The notes below the pieces were generated by a model. That model did no database searches. It saw nothing but the letters and a program-made list of their open reading frames with translations, and was not told the origin of the DNA. Of a stretch of 64,000 nucleotides of DNA, positions 27,918-37,008 are shown one piece after another (the first letter of the stretch is position 1; each line of letters begins with the position of its first letter). Source of the DNA: an uncultured delta proteobacterium (GTDB lineage Bacteria; Myxococcota_A; Polyangia; Polyangiales; Polyangiaceae); contig CAVOKF010000007.1 of the NCBI GenBank assembly GCA_963696385.1, forward strand, positions 544,001-608,000, read 5' to 3'. The translations under genes and the position numbers were made by a program.

Positions 27918-27933
27918 TGGATCCCATGCATCG
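27910..27933. promoter_or_regulatory. 24-bp palindrome over the marR start, probable MarR operator
   Basis: CGATGCATTGGATCCCATGCATCG, with 11 of 12 pairs complementary. Confidence 0.6.
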
Positions 27934-28097
27934 TGGCATAGCCCGTCACCAGGCACGAGCGCAACCGCCAAGCCCAGTGCGCCCGAGACATGGCCGCGCT
28001 GGAAGTTCTCGCGTCCCCCCATGGGCGGCGCCGACCGAGGACCGTGACGGATGCGAGCCACCTGGCATGCATGCGCGCCCCCTTCGGTTCGCGTAAC

Positions 28098-28463
28098 TCA
28101 GCGGCTTGACGAACGTTGCCTCCGCAAGCGCTCCGCCCGCTCGACGTCAGACTCCGGAGCGCCAATCTCGGTGCCGCAGTTCATGCAGCGCGCCAAGAAC
28201 GGATTGACTCCGTACCGGCAGAGCCGCTTGTCGCACAGCGGGCACTTGATGATCGATAGCGCGTGACCGGATACCCCGACCGCGACGTAGTATACGAACA
28301 CGAGAAACCAACCGACCGCGCGACCGAATAAGGCGTCGCCGAGCCAGCGCACAGGGCCATAGACGATCGGCCAGCCCAAAGACACGACCACCACCGTCAT
28401 ACGGGTACGACGATATCGCCTCCACACCACCAGGTAGGGGTCCGTCTCGACAGCCATCGCCAC
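28098..28463 (-). CDS. Small two-TM protein with a C-terminal zinc ribbon
   Basis: Two hydrophobic helices, then CPLC...CMNC. Confidence 0.65.
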   Translation of the reverse strand: MAMAVETDPYLVVWRRYRRTRMTVVVVSLGWPIVYGPVRWLGDALFGRAVGWFLVFVYYVAVGVSGHALSIIKCPLCDKRLCRYGVNPFLARCMNCGTEIGAPESDVERAERLRRQRSSSR

Positions 28464-28699
28464 GAATACGGATGTCCGAGTGGGAACCTTACTCCCGGTC
28501 GTCTCCGAAAAGGCGTCGCCCCGTCATGCGGCCTCGCAGCGGTAGCGTGTTGGTCCGGTTCGGCTCGGTAATTCTCGCTTTCACCTGCGGTTCCGCGAGC
28601 GCGGCGGCGAGCACGAGTCGCAGTCGTCCCTGAGCGCGACGCACGCTCGGCGCTCGTCTTGGCTCGCCGATCGATCGGCGTCTGCGATGACGCCAGCGG

Positions 28700-29104
28700 T
28701 CACGTGTACAGCGTCCCCTCCTCGACGAAGCACAGCTCGTTGCCCCAGGGGTCGGTCACGTAGAACGATTTCTCTCCCCACGGGCGGACCATCACGTCGC
28801 TGGCGGGCTGGCCGTGGACCTTGAACGGCGCCAGAGCGCCAAGGGCCTTGGCGCGCGCGTGCACGGCCGAGACGTCCGCAACCGCGAAGTACAGGGACTT
28901 GGGCCCCGGCGTCGGCGGCAGGCCGCCCGCCGACACGTCGAGCACGGCGAGGATGACCCCCCCGCAACTGAAGTACTGGCGCGCTCCCGGGTGCCGCTTA
29001 CCCGGGGTGCCGAGCAACGTTGCGTAAAACGCAGCCGCCTCTTCGATGTCGGCGACTTCGACTGTGACCCGGAAGATCTTGGCGGTCGACTCGTTGCTGC
29101 TCAT
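28700..29104 (-). CDS. VOC/glyoxalase family protein
   Basis: ATG at 29104 with a GAGG RBS. VADIEEAAAFY..LLG, YFAVADV and PWGEKSFYVTDPWGNELCF. Confidence 0.88.
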   Translation of the reverse strand: MSSNESTAKIFRVTVEVADIEEAAAFYATLLGTPGKRHPGARQYFSCGGVILAVLDVSAGGLPPTPGPKSLYFAVADVSAVHARAKALGALAPFKVHGQPASDVMVRPWGEKSFYVTDPWGNELCFVEEGTLYT

Positions 29105-29216
29105 GGTCCTCTCCTTGTTTTTGCGTCCCATCCGTTCTTCGGCTCGTGCGTGGTCCTCGGGCCCGTGGGAGTCCACGGTTCGACCGAGGTCCCAACGGCG
29201 GGTGCGATCGACGGTT

Positions 29217-30218
29217 TCATGGTTTCTTTCTGCGCGGTTTGGTTGCCGGCGGGGGTTTGGCGGCGCCTCGTTCAAGCATCGTGCGTAGGACGCCGCGGAG
29301 CGCCGACGGGTCTTCGGGCTCGACCTCGCCGCCGCGCGTCCGGATCATGTCGGCGATCGCCCCGGCGCCCACCCCGCCGACGATCCACGGAACCGCGGCG
29401 CACGCGCTCGCGTAGTCGTCGACCAGCTCGCGGGCGCGCGCTCGCTCCGGAGTGATCGTGACCGAGAGCGCGACCAGCGCCGGAGAGATCGCCTCGATGG
29501 CGCTCCGAACGGCCCCCGGCGGCGTGCGCGCGCCGAGAAACACCGGACGCAGCCCCCAGCCCGAGAAGCGCATCGCCGTGCCGAGCAGGCCGAGCTCATG
29601 CTCGTCGTCCGCGAAGCAGGCGAGCAAGGCGCGCGAGTGGCTCTCCGACCCCGGAGAAAGTTGAAGCAGGTCGCGCAGGAGCGTACCGAGACGCTGCGAA
29701 GCGAGGTGCTCCTGGGCGACGGAGATCTCGCCCCGGTGCCACCGCTGGCCAATCTCGCGGAGCACCGGCACGAGAACCCGATCGAGAAGCGTGGTCGTGG
29801 ATCCAAGGAGCAGCAACCGCCGGAGCTGCCGATCGAGCCCGGCGTCGTCGAAGCGGGTCACGGCATCCATGAGCGCCTCGGCGAAGACGGCGTAGGGGTC
29901 GAGGCGCGCCTGGGCCTCGGCGCCATCGCCTCCGGACAGCAAGAGCCTCGCCGCTTCCGATGCGGCCATGCCCGCGTCGCAGAGGCGCCGCATCTCGCGC
30001 ACCTGCTCGAGGTCGTGCGGACCGTAAAGGCGGTAACCCGCGGCCGTGCGCTCCGGTGTCGGAATTCCGTAACGTCGCTCCCACGCGCGCAGCGTCGGCT
30101 CGGGGACACCCGTGAGCTCCGCGACCACGTGGATGCGGAGCGGGCCGCGGTGTGCGCCGGAATCGGGTGCCAGCCCCTGCGGGACCTGCTTCGGCGGAGG
30201 CGAGCCCGGATCACCCAT
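29217..30218 (-). CDS. carH: CarH/CarA-family B12-binding MerR photoregulator
   Basis: MerR HTH (TLRAWERRYG..P.RT..GYRLY), W-x9-EH (WHRGEISVAQEH) and cobalamin motif DEHELG..FLG..TP..LSVT. Divergent from crtI. CarA and CarH cannot be told apart by eye. Confidence 0.85.
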   Translation of the reverse strand: MGDPGSPPPKQVPQGLAPDSGAHRGPLRIHVVAELTGVPEPTLRAWERRYGIPTPERTAAGYRLYGPHDLEQVREMRRLCDAGMAASEAARLLLSGGDGAEAQARLDPYAVFAEALMDAVTRFDDAGLDRQLRRLLLLGSTTTLLDRVLVPVLREIGQRWHRGEISVAQEHLASQRLGTLLRDLLQLSPGSESHSRALLACFADDEHELGLLGTAMRFSGWGLRPVFLGARTPPGAVRSAIEAISPALVALSVTITPERARARELVDDYASACAAVPWIVGGVGAGAIADMIRTRGGEVEPEDPSALRGVLRTMLERGAAKPPPATKPRRKKP

Positions 30219-30224
30219 GGGCGG

Positions 30225-30264
30225 TTGACAAGATTTGCATAAAGTTATACACAACGTTATACAC
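30225..30264 (+). promoter_or_regulatory. crtI promoter / CarH-type operator
   Basis: Perfect TTGACA at 30225. TnnACA-like hexamers on an 11-bp register (30225, 30236, 30258), and GTTATACAC repeated at 30244 and 30256. Confidence 0.7.
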
Positions 30265-30277
30265 CGTGGAGGGACCG

Positions 30278-31768
30278 ATGCCAACCAGTTCGGGCGCGCG
30301 GCGCGCGATCGTCATCGGCAGCGGGTTCGGGGGCCTCGCGGCAGCCGTTCGGCTCGGCGCGCGGGGCTGGGACGTCACGATCCTCGAGCGAAGCGATCGG
30401 CCCGGCGGCCGGGCGCGCGTGTGGAAGAGCGACGGCTTCACCTTCGACGCCGGCCCGACGGTCATCACCGCGCCGTTCCTCTTCGAGGAGCTTTGGGCCC
30501 TTTGCGGCAAGCGAATGGCCGACCACGTCGACCTGCGCCCCGTGTCGCCGTTCTATCGGATCCGTTTTCACGACGGGTCGATCTTCGACTACACGGGCGA
30601 CGCGGAGAAGATGCGCGCGGAGATCGAGCAACTCGCGCCCGACAATCTCGCCGGGTACGAGCGATTCGTGAAGAGGAGCGAGGACATCTTCTCCGTCGGG
30701 TTCGAGAGGCTCGCCCACGTCCCCTTCACCCGGTGGACGGACATGGCGCGCGTCGTTCCCGCCATGATGAGGCTCGAGAGCTACCGAACGGTCTACGGGC
30801 TCGTATTCAGGTTCGTCGAGGACGAGCGACTGCGCCAGGTCCTCAGCTTTCACCCGCTGCTCGTCGGCGGCAATCCGTTCACGACGACTTCGATCTACAG
30901 CCTGATCCCGTACCTCGAGCGAACGTGGGGCGTGCATTTCCCCATGGGGGGAACCGGCAGGCTGGTGCAGGGTCTGCTCGACCTCATTCACGGCCTGGGC
31001 GGATCGATCCGGTACGGCAGCACGGTCGAGCAGATCCGGGTCGAGGGGCGCCAGGTTCGAGGCGTTCGGCTGGCGTCGGGCGAGATGGTCGCGGCCGACG
31101 TCGTCGTCTCCAACGCCGACTCGGCGTGGACCTACCGCCACCTCGTGCCGTCGAAGTACCGGCGCCGCTGGACCGACCGCAAGCTCGACAACGCCCGCTA
31201 CTCGATGAGCCTCTTCGTCTGGTACTTCGGCACGAAGACGCAGTACCCCGACGTGGCGCACCACACGATCCTGCTCGGGCCGCGTTACAAGGAGCTCCTC
31301 TCGGACATCTTCCGGCGCCACGTGCTCGCCGAGGACTTCAGCCTGTACCTTCACAGGCCGACGGCGACGGACCCGGGGCTCGCCCCGGCCGGGTGCGACG
31401 GTTTCTACGTCCTGTCCCCCGTACCCAACCTCGAAGCGGGGATCGACTGGACCGAGCGCGCGGAGCCGTACCGAAGGGCGATCGAGAAGCACCTTGAAGC
31501 CACGCTGCTGCCCGGCCTGAGCCGCAACCTCGTGACGTCGCGCCTGATGACGCCCCAGCACTTCCAGGACGACCTTCTCAGCGTGAGAGGCGCGGCGTTC
31601 GGGCTCGAGCCCGTGCTCGGACAGAGCGCGTGGTTTCGCCCGCACAACCAAAGCGAGGAAGTCGGCGGCCTGTTCCTGGTGGGCGCGGGAACGCACCCCG
31701 GCGCCGGGGTGCCCGGCGTACTCTCGTCCGCCCGCGTGCTCGACTCGCTGGTGCCCCGTGCGGCGTAA
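30278..31768 (+). CDS. crtI: Phytoene desaturase
   Basis: ATG at 30278 with a GGAGG RBS. IGSGFGGLAAA, FDAGPTVIT, HPLLVGGNPF, QSAWFRPHN and LVGAGTHPGAGVPGV. Confidence 0.95.
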   Translation: MPTSSGARRAIVIGSGFGGLAAAVRLGARGWDVTILERSDRPGGRARVWKSDGFTFDAGPTVITAPFLFEELWALCGKRMADHVDLRPVSPFYRIRFHDGSIFDYTGDAEKMRAEIEQLAPDNLAGYERFVKRSEDIFSVGFERLAHVPFTRWTDMARVVPAMMRLESYRTVYGLVFRFVEDERLRQVLSFHPLLVGGNPFTTTSIYSLIPYLERTWGVHFPMGGTGRLVQGLLDLIHGLGGSIRYGSTVEQIRVEGRQVRGVRLASGEMVAADVVVSNADSAWTYRHLVPSKYRRRWTDRKLDNARYSMSLFVWYFGTKTQYPDVAHHTILLGPRYKELLSDIFRRHVLAEDFSLYLHRPTATDPGLAPAGCDGFYVLSPVPNLEAGIDWTERAEPYRRAIEKHLEATLLPGLSRNLVTSRLMTPQHFQDDLLSVRGAAFGLEPVLGQSAWFRPHNQSEEVGGLFLVGAGTHPGAGVPGVLSSARVLDSLVPRAA

Positions 31769-32687
31769 CGCGAGCCCCGAAGACTTCGAGGCCTGCCGCG
31801 CCCTTCTCAGGGCCGGGTCGAAGAGCTTCGCCGTCGCGTCGTTGCTCTTGCCGAAGCGGGTGCGCCGACCTGCCGCCGCGGTCTACGCGTTCTGCCGCGT
31901 CGCCGACAATCGCATCGACGCCGACCCCGGCGCCACCGAAGCCGCGGTCGACGAGCTGCGCGACCGGCTCTACCGGATCTTCCTCGGACGGCCTGGAGAC
32001 GATCCCGTGGACCGGGCGCTCGCCGACGTCGTCGGGCGCCTTCGCCTTCCGCTGCAGCCGTTCGAGGCCCTGCTCGAGGGGCTCGCCTGGGACGCCATCG
32101 GACGACGCTACGAGACCCTCGACGATCTCCATGCCTATGCTGCCCGCGTCGCGGGCGCGGTGGGCGCCATCATGACTCTGCTCATGGGAGAGCGCGCGGC
32201 TTGCGTCCTCGCGCGCGCGTGCGACCTGGGCGTCGCGATGCAGCTGACCAACATCGCGCGGGACGTCGGGGAGGACGCCGCCCGCGGAAGGATCTACCTG
32301 CCTCTGCAGTGGATGCGCGACGCCGGCATCGAGACCGACCGCTGGCTCGAGCAGCCGCGCGCCGACGATGCGACGCGGTCGGTCGTCGCGCGCCTGCTTC
32401 GCTCCGCCGACGATCTCTATGCGAGCGCGGACGCCGGCATCGCGGCGCTCCCCGCGGACTGTCGGGTGGGGATCCGGGCGGCCAAGCTCATCTACTCGGA
32501 CATCGGACGCCGCGTGGTCCGCGCCGGCTTCGACTCCATCACGCGGCGCGCCGTCGTGCCCCGCGCGCGCAAGGTGTGGCTCGTCCTCAGGTCGCTCCGG
32601 GCCCGGTTCGAGCGACGACGCGTCCTCGACGCACCCCCCCTCGGATCGACGCGATTTCTAGTGGCGGCGTGCGCGGAGGGGCCGTAA
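31758..32687 (+). CDS. crtB: Phytoene synthase
   Basis: GSKSF..AS.LLP, YAFCR.AD..ID, YA.RVAGAVG and LG.AMQLTNIARDVGEDA..GRIYLP. Confidence 0.95.
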   Translation: MRRNASPEDFEACRALLRAGSKSFAVASLLLPKRVRRPAAAVYAFCRVADNRIDADPGATEAAVDELRDRLYRIFLGRPGDDPVDRALADVVGRLRLPLQPFEALLEGLAWDAIGRRYETLDDLHAYAARVAGAVGAIMTLLMGERAACVLARACDLGVAMQLTNIARDVGEDAARGRIYLPLQWMRDAGIETDRWLEQPRADDATRSVVARLLRSADDLYASADAGIAALPADCRVGIRAAKLIYSDIGRRVVRAGFDSITRRAVVPRARKVWLVLRSLRARFERRRVLDAPPLGSTRFLVAACAEGP

Positions 32688-34105
32688 TGGGCGACGAGGC
32701 GCGCGCGCGGGTGCGCGAGGCCGGCGGCGCCGAGCTGCTCGAGAGGCTGGACCACCTCGATCGCCATCGCCGGGAGCCGCCGCTCCGAGCAGAGCCTCCG
32801 GCCAAGCCGGCAGGCGGCGCGCGCACGGACTTCGACGTGGCGATCGTCGGAGGGGGACTCTGGTCCATGCTCGCTCCCGTGCTCGCAGCGCGCGGCGTCG
32901 GGGTGGCCGTGTTCGACCGCGCGCGGGTCGGGGCCGCGCACCGTGAATGGAACGCGAGCGGCCCCGAGCTGCGCGCGCTGGTCGAGGCCGGGGTGGTCTC
33001 CGAGGCCGATCTCGCCGAGCTGATCGTCGCCCGCTACGACTACGCAATCTGCCGGTTCCACGGCGGCGCGAGCTACCCGGTCGTCGGTGTGCTCGATCAC
33101 GCCGTGGGGGCGGGGCCGCTCCTTGCGCACGCCCGCGCGCTCGCCGAAAGACGGGGGGTCTGCATTTTCGACGGCTACGCGCTGGACGCGCACGCATCCG
33201 GGCCGACCGCCGTGCAGCTCCGCTTGCGCACGCGCGATGGGGCGACGCGGCACGTCACGACCAAGCTCATGGTCGACGCGCGTGGAGCAACCAGCCCGCA
33301 TGCCACGGCCGACCTGGTCTGCCCCACGGTGGGCGGCGTCCTCCAGGGGCTCGCCGAGGGGGACGGCCCGGCGGAGGTGTCGCCACGCGTGGGCGAGATC
33401 CTCGCGACCGTCGATTCGATCGAGCGCGGGCGGCAGTATGTCTGGGAGGCGTTTCCCGGGCGGAGCGGCGAGACCACCGTGTACCTCTTCTATTACGCAC
33501 GCGCCGGAGAGAGGACCTCGCTCGCCGAGCTGTATGCGAGGTTCTTCGCGACACGGCCCGGGTACAAGCGAGGAGACGCGAAGCTTTTGCGACCGACCTT
33601 CGGGTTCATCCCCGGCTGGTCGCGCCTCTCTGCCGCGCCGCGACCCCCGGACCGCCGCGTCGTCCTCGTCGGGGACGCGGCGGCCCGGCACTCGCCTCTC
33701 ACCTACTGCGGCTTCGGAGCCACGCTCCGGTCGATCGTGCCCGCCGCGGACGCGATCGCGCGTGCGCTCGACGACCCGCGCGTGGACCTTCGAACCGTGG
33801 TCCACGACGCGCCCGTCCACGCCCTCACCGGCGCGCTCGCGCACATGATGGCGGCGCGGCAGTTCGAAGGCGACGAGGTGAACGCGCTTCTGGACGCTGC
33901 GTTCTGCACTCTGCACGAGATGGGCAACGAGCCGTATGCGCGCCTGCTCCGGGACGAGATGCGACCGGCGGCATTCGTCGACTTCCTGCGGCGGACGGCC
34001 CGCCGTCACCCGGCCGTATGGGGCAAGATCGTACGCGGGCTCGGCCTCAGCGTTGCGGGGCGCTGGAGCTTCGGGCTCGCCCGGTCGATGATCGCGAGCG
34101 CGTGA
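32687..34105 (+). CDS. cruA: CruA/CruP-type FAD-dependent lycopene cyclase
   Basis: TAATG overlap with crtB. Motifs REWN, LVCPTVG, QYVWE.FP, TTVYLF.Y, FGFIP and GDAAA..SPL.YCGFG. Confidence 0.7.
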   Translation: MGDEARARVREAGGAELLERLDHLDRHRREPPLRAEPPAKPAGGARTDFDVAIVGGGLWSMLAPVLAARGVGVAVFDRARVGAAHREWNASGPELRALVEAGVVSEADLAELIVARYDYAICRFHGGASYPVVGVLDHAVGAGPLLAHARALAERRGVCIFDGYALDAHASGPTAVQLRLRTRDGATRHVTTKLMVDARGATSPHATADLVCPTVGGVLQGLAEGDGPAEVSPRVGEILATVDSIERGRQYVWEAFPGRSGETTVYLFYYARAGERTSLAELYARFFATRPGYKRGDAKLLRPTFGFIPGWSRLSAAPRPPDRRVVLVGDAAARHSPLTYCGFGATLRSIVPAADAIARALDDPRVDLRTVVHDAPVHALTGALAHMMAARQFEGDEVNALLDAAFCTLHEMGNEPYARLLRDEMRPAAFVDFLRRTARRHPAVWGKIVRGLGLSVAGRWSFGLARSMIASA

Positions 34106-34580
34106 GGCCTACGGCGCGAGCGAGCTCCCATCGCCCGAAGAAGAAGCCGTACGGAGCGCCGCCCGCGGCCCCGTGGTGCACCCGATGCGCCCGCGCAACG
34201 GCCCGGAAGTAGCGAAAGCGCAGGAGAACAGGCACGGGCAGGCGCTCGTGGACGAGGCCGTCGTGCACTACGAAGTACCCGACGCCGAAGACGCTCATTC
34301 CGACGCCGACACCGAACGCGATCTCGCGCAGAACGCCGGGCGTGCCCTGGCAGCCGACGAAGATGAGCGCGATCGCGATCGGCGCATGGATCCCAGAGAG
34401 CGCGTCATTCGCTTCGAGGCGACGGGCATCCGAGGAGCGCTCGTGATGCGAGCGGTGAACCGACCAGAGCAGGGCGTGCCACAGCCGGCCGTGGAGGAGC
34501 GCCGCCCAGAAGTCCATCGCCACGGCGACGACGAGCGCGACCGGAACCCAGATCAGTGCTCGGAGAACGAACGGGCTCAC
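34047..34580 (-). CDS. crtZ: Beta-carotene hydroxylase
   Basis: His boxes H...WH..LW..HRSHH, E.ND, VHDGLVH.R.P, AHRVHH and YGFF. Confidence 0.85.
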   Translation of the reverse strand: MSPFVLRALIWVPVALVVAVAMDFWAALLHGRLWHALLWSVHRSHHERSSDARRLEANDALSGIHAPIAIALIFVGCQGTPGVLREIAFGVGVGMSVFGVGYFVVHDGLVHERLPVPVLLRFRYFRAVARAHRVHHGAAGGAPYGFFFGRWELARAVGLTRSRSSTGRARSSSAPQR

Positions 34581-34807
34581 AGGTCGCTCCGACCGGCGGT
34601 GGCGAAGAGCTCGTCGAATACCCAGCGCACCGTCGACCCAGCGTCGACGGCGAGGCCCCCTACGCCGACCGTCCGTATCTTGCCCCCGACCTGGAGCGCA
34701 CGTTCGAGGAGCGCCACCGCGTATCCCGATCCGGCAAGGTCGATGGCGCAGGCGAAGCCCCCTACCCCCGCCCCGATGACCGTGCCATGCGATGCCCTAC
34801 GGACCAT
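34577..34807 (-). pseudogene. crtD: Truncated CrtD-like carotenoid desaturase (FAD-binding N-terminus only)
   Basis: VIGAGVGG.A.A..LA..G..V.LLER....GGK.R....G...DAGSTV-RWVFDELF. Compared with the usual DAGPTVFTMRWVF it has lost three residues, and it stops after about 76 aa. Confidence 0.7.
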
Positions 34808-34867
34808 GCACATACTCTATACAATATGTCGGTGGCGTTTGTCTATACTTTGGTTATAGTTTGGACA
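34807..34867. promoter_or_regulatory. Second CarH-type operator in the divergent crtD'/crtE gap
   Basis: AT-rich gap with hexamers on one 11-bp register: TGCACA 34807, TATACA 34818, TGTCTA 34840 (TAGACA on minus), TGGTTA 34851 and TGGACA 34862. Confidence 0.65.
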
Positions 34868-35766
34868 TGGCGAACGTCCCGAGCCACTCCCCCCGCGAGC
34901 GACGGTCCGACTTCGGAAATCTCGCACCCCGCGTGGAGCGTGCGCTCGATATCGCGTTCCGGACGTGCGCCATCGGTCCCGGCTGCCCCCCGCGCCTGCA
35001 CGACGCTCAACATTATGCCCTGTTTCCTGGCGGGGGGCGGTTACGCCCCCAACTCTGTCTGATCGCATCGATCGCGTGCGGAGACGGGCGACCCGAGGTG
35101 GCCGACGCAGCGGCCGCGGCAATCGAGCTGCTGCACTGCGCCTCGCTCGTTCACGACGACCTGCCGTGCTTCGACGACGCCGAGTTGCGGCGCGGGAAAC
35201 CGTCGGTGCACAAGGTATTCGGAGAGGGGCTCGCGCTCCTCGTAGGGGACGCGTTCATCGTGCACTCCTTCGACGTCATCGTGCGCTCAGGCTCGACGGA
35301 TCCGGCCAGGCTCCGGCCGCTGTTGCAGACGCTCGCCGCCGCGGCCGGTACGACACGGGGGATCCTCGCCGGGCAGGCCTGGGAGAGTGAGCCCGTCGCA
35401 CCGATCGAAGAGTACCAGCGAGCGAAGACGGCCTCGCTCTTCGAGGCCGCCGCGGCGATGGGCGCCATCGCAGCGGGGGCGCCGCCACAGCCGTGGCGCC
35501 GGTTTGGTGAAGCCCTCGGCCGGGCTTACCAGGCCGTGGACGACCTGAACGACGCGATCGGTGACGCGCGGCGCCTCGGCAAGCCCACAGGCCGCGATGC
35601 GGCGCTCGGCAGACCGAGCGTCGTGCGCGCCTTCGGGGTCGAAGCGGCGCGAGCCCGCGTCGAGACCCAGCTCCGAACCGCGCTCGCCGGGATGCCCCGC
35701 TGCGGCGGGGAGGACGTCGCTCTGGCCTGGCTCGAATCGCTGTCGGAACGCCTTGGGAGCCGCTGA
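34867..35766 (+). CDS. crtE: Geranylgeranyl diphosphate synthase
   Basis: ATG at 34867. FPGGGRLRP, HCASLVHDDLPCFDD...RRGKPS, GQAWE, KTASLF and YQ..DDL.D. Confidence 0.92.
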   Translation: MANVPSHSPRERRSDFGNLAPRVERALDIAFRTCAIGPGCPPRLHDAQHYALFPGGGRLRPQLCLIASIACGDGRPEVADAAAAAIELLHCASLVHDDLPCFDDAELRRGKPSVHKVFGEGLALLVGDAFIVHSFDVIVRSGSTDPARLRPLLQTLAAAAGTTRGILAGQAWESEPVAPIEEYQRAKTASLFEAAAAMGAIAAGAPPQPWRRFGEALGRAYQAVDDLNDAIGDARRLGKPTGRDAALGRPSVVRAFGVEAARARVETQLRTALAGMPRCGGEDVALAWLESLSERLGSR

Positions 35767-35900
35767 GGTGGCGCGCTGCCGATGCGCTCTCGCATGCGGC
35801 GCTGCCGTCGCCGGATCGCGCGGCGACCCCGAAGCGTCTAGAAGTCAACACTCGAGGCATCCGAGTCGCGAGACACCGCACCCAGCCGAAAGGAGGACCC

Positions 35901-36527
35901 ATGCGCCCTCGAAACATCAGCCCCCACCGAGCCGCCGGCGCGCGACGCGCGGGTCACTTCGCCATCGTGGGGGGCCTGGCCGCCGCATGCTTGCTCACGC
36001 CTGGAATCCGCGCGGACGCCACCAAGGCCGACCAAGAGTCGGCCGCCATGGGCAGTCCGGCCGCGAAACTGCGCATGCGGTACGCCGGCTCGTACCGATT
36101 CGCGGGAGACGCGGCCGAGCAAAGGGCACGCGCCGACGCCATCGACCGAAGCGTGGCGGCGTTCTTCTTCGTCTTCCGCGGCATCGCACGCGCGAAAGTG
36201 GCGGACCGAACGGCAATCGTAGCCACCTGCAAGTTCGAGTTCAGCGGTGGCACGATTCGCTCTACGGTTCCGGGCTACCCGGTTGCCGTCAGCCCCGAGA
36301 CCGGGGCGCCTGTACCCTACCGCATGGGCGACGAGACCCTCGTCCTGTCGCAGCGTTTCGAGGGGGAGCATCTCGTGCAGGCATTTCGAGCCGACGACGG
36401 TGGATCGCGCACGAACGAGTTCACGTTGAGCCCCGACGGCGCGAAACTCACGATGAAGGCGACGGTGAGCAGCCCCAAGTTGTCGATCCCGGTCGTCTAC
36501 ACGCTGACCTATCAACGGGTCGACTGA
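35901..36527 (+). CDS. Secreted hypothetical beta-rich protein
   Basis: Strong AGGAGG RBS, signal-like N-terminus, and a C-terminus ending Y.LTY.R. Confidence 0.75.
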   Translation: MRPRNISPHRAAGARRAGHFAIVGGLAAACLLTPGIRADATKADQESAAMGSPAAKLRMRYAGSYRFAGDAAEQRARADAIDRSVAAFFFVFRGIARAKVADRTAIVATCKFEFSGGTIRSTVPGYPVAVSPETGAPVPYRMGDETLVLSQRFEGEHLVQAFRADDGGSRTNEFTLSPDGAKLTMKATVSSPKLSIPVVYTLTYQRVD

Positions 36528-36561
36528 CGGCGAACGTCGCCGCGGGCGGCGCGTTCGGGGA

Positions 36562-37005
36562 TCAAGACCCGGACCCATCGCGGCAGGCTCCGGGCCGTCC
36601 TCTTTTTCCGTTGTTCGTCGGATCGCCGCAGACGCGACGCCGCAGATGCGTCGCGACGACGCCGGGAAAGGTCCGTGTATCGATGGGCTTTGTGATGTAG
36701 TCGTCGCACCCGGCTTCACGCGCCCGCTGTGCGTCCCCCTTCATCGCGTACGCCGTCAGCGCCACGATGCAGATCTCGCGCGTCCGGTCATCCGCCTTGA
36801 GACGGCGTGTGAGCTCCAGGCCGTCCATGCCCGGAAGCTGCAGGTCCATCAGGATCAACCAGGGGCGGAAGTTCTCGAGCTGAGTCATGGCCGCTTGGGC
36901 GTCGACGGCGACTCGGACGTCGTAGCCGCCCTCGGTGAGGAGAAATAGAATGAGCGCGGCGTTCGCCGCATTGTCTTCGATCAGAAGGATCGGCTCTGCG
37001 GACAT
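36562..37005 (-). CDS. Single-domain response regulator (DivK/CheY-like)
   Basis: ILLIEDN, LILMDLQLPGMDG, ALTAYAMKGD and YITKP. Confidence 0.92.
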   Translation of the reverse strand: MSAEPILLIEDNAANAALILFLLTEGGYDVRVAVDAQAAMTQLENFRPWLILMDLQLPGMDGLELTRRLKADDRTREICIVALTAYAMKGDAQRAREAGCDDYITKPIDTRTFPGVVATHLRRRVCGDPTNNGKRGRPGACRDGSGS

Positions 37006-37008
37006 GGC

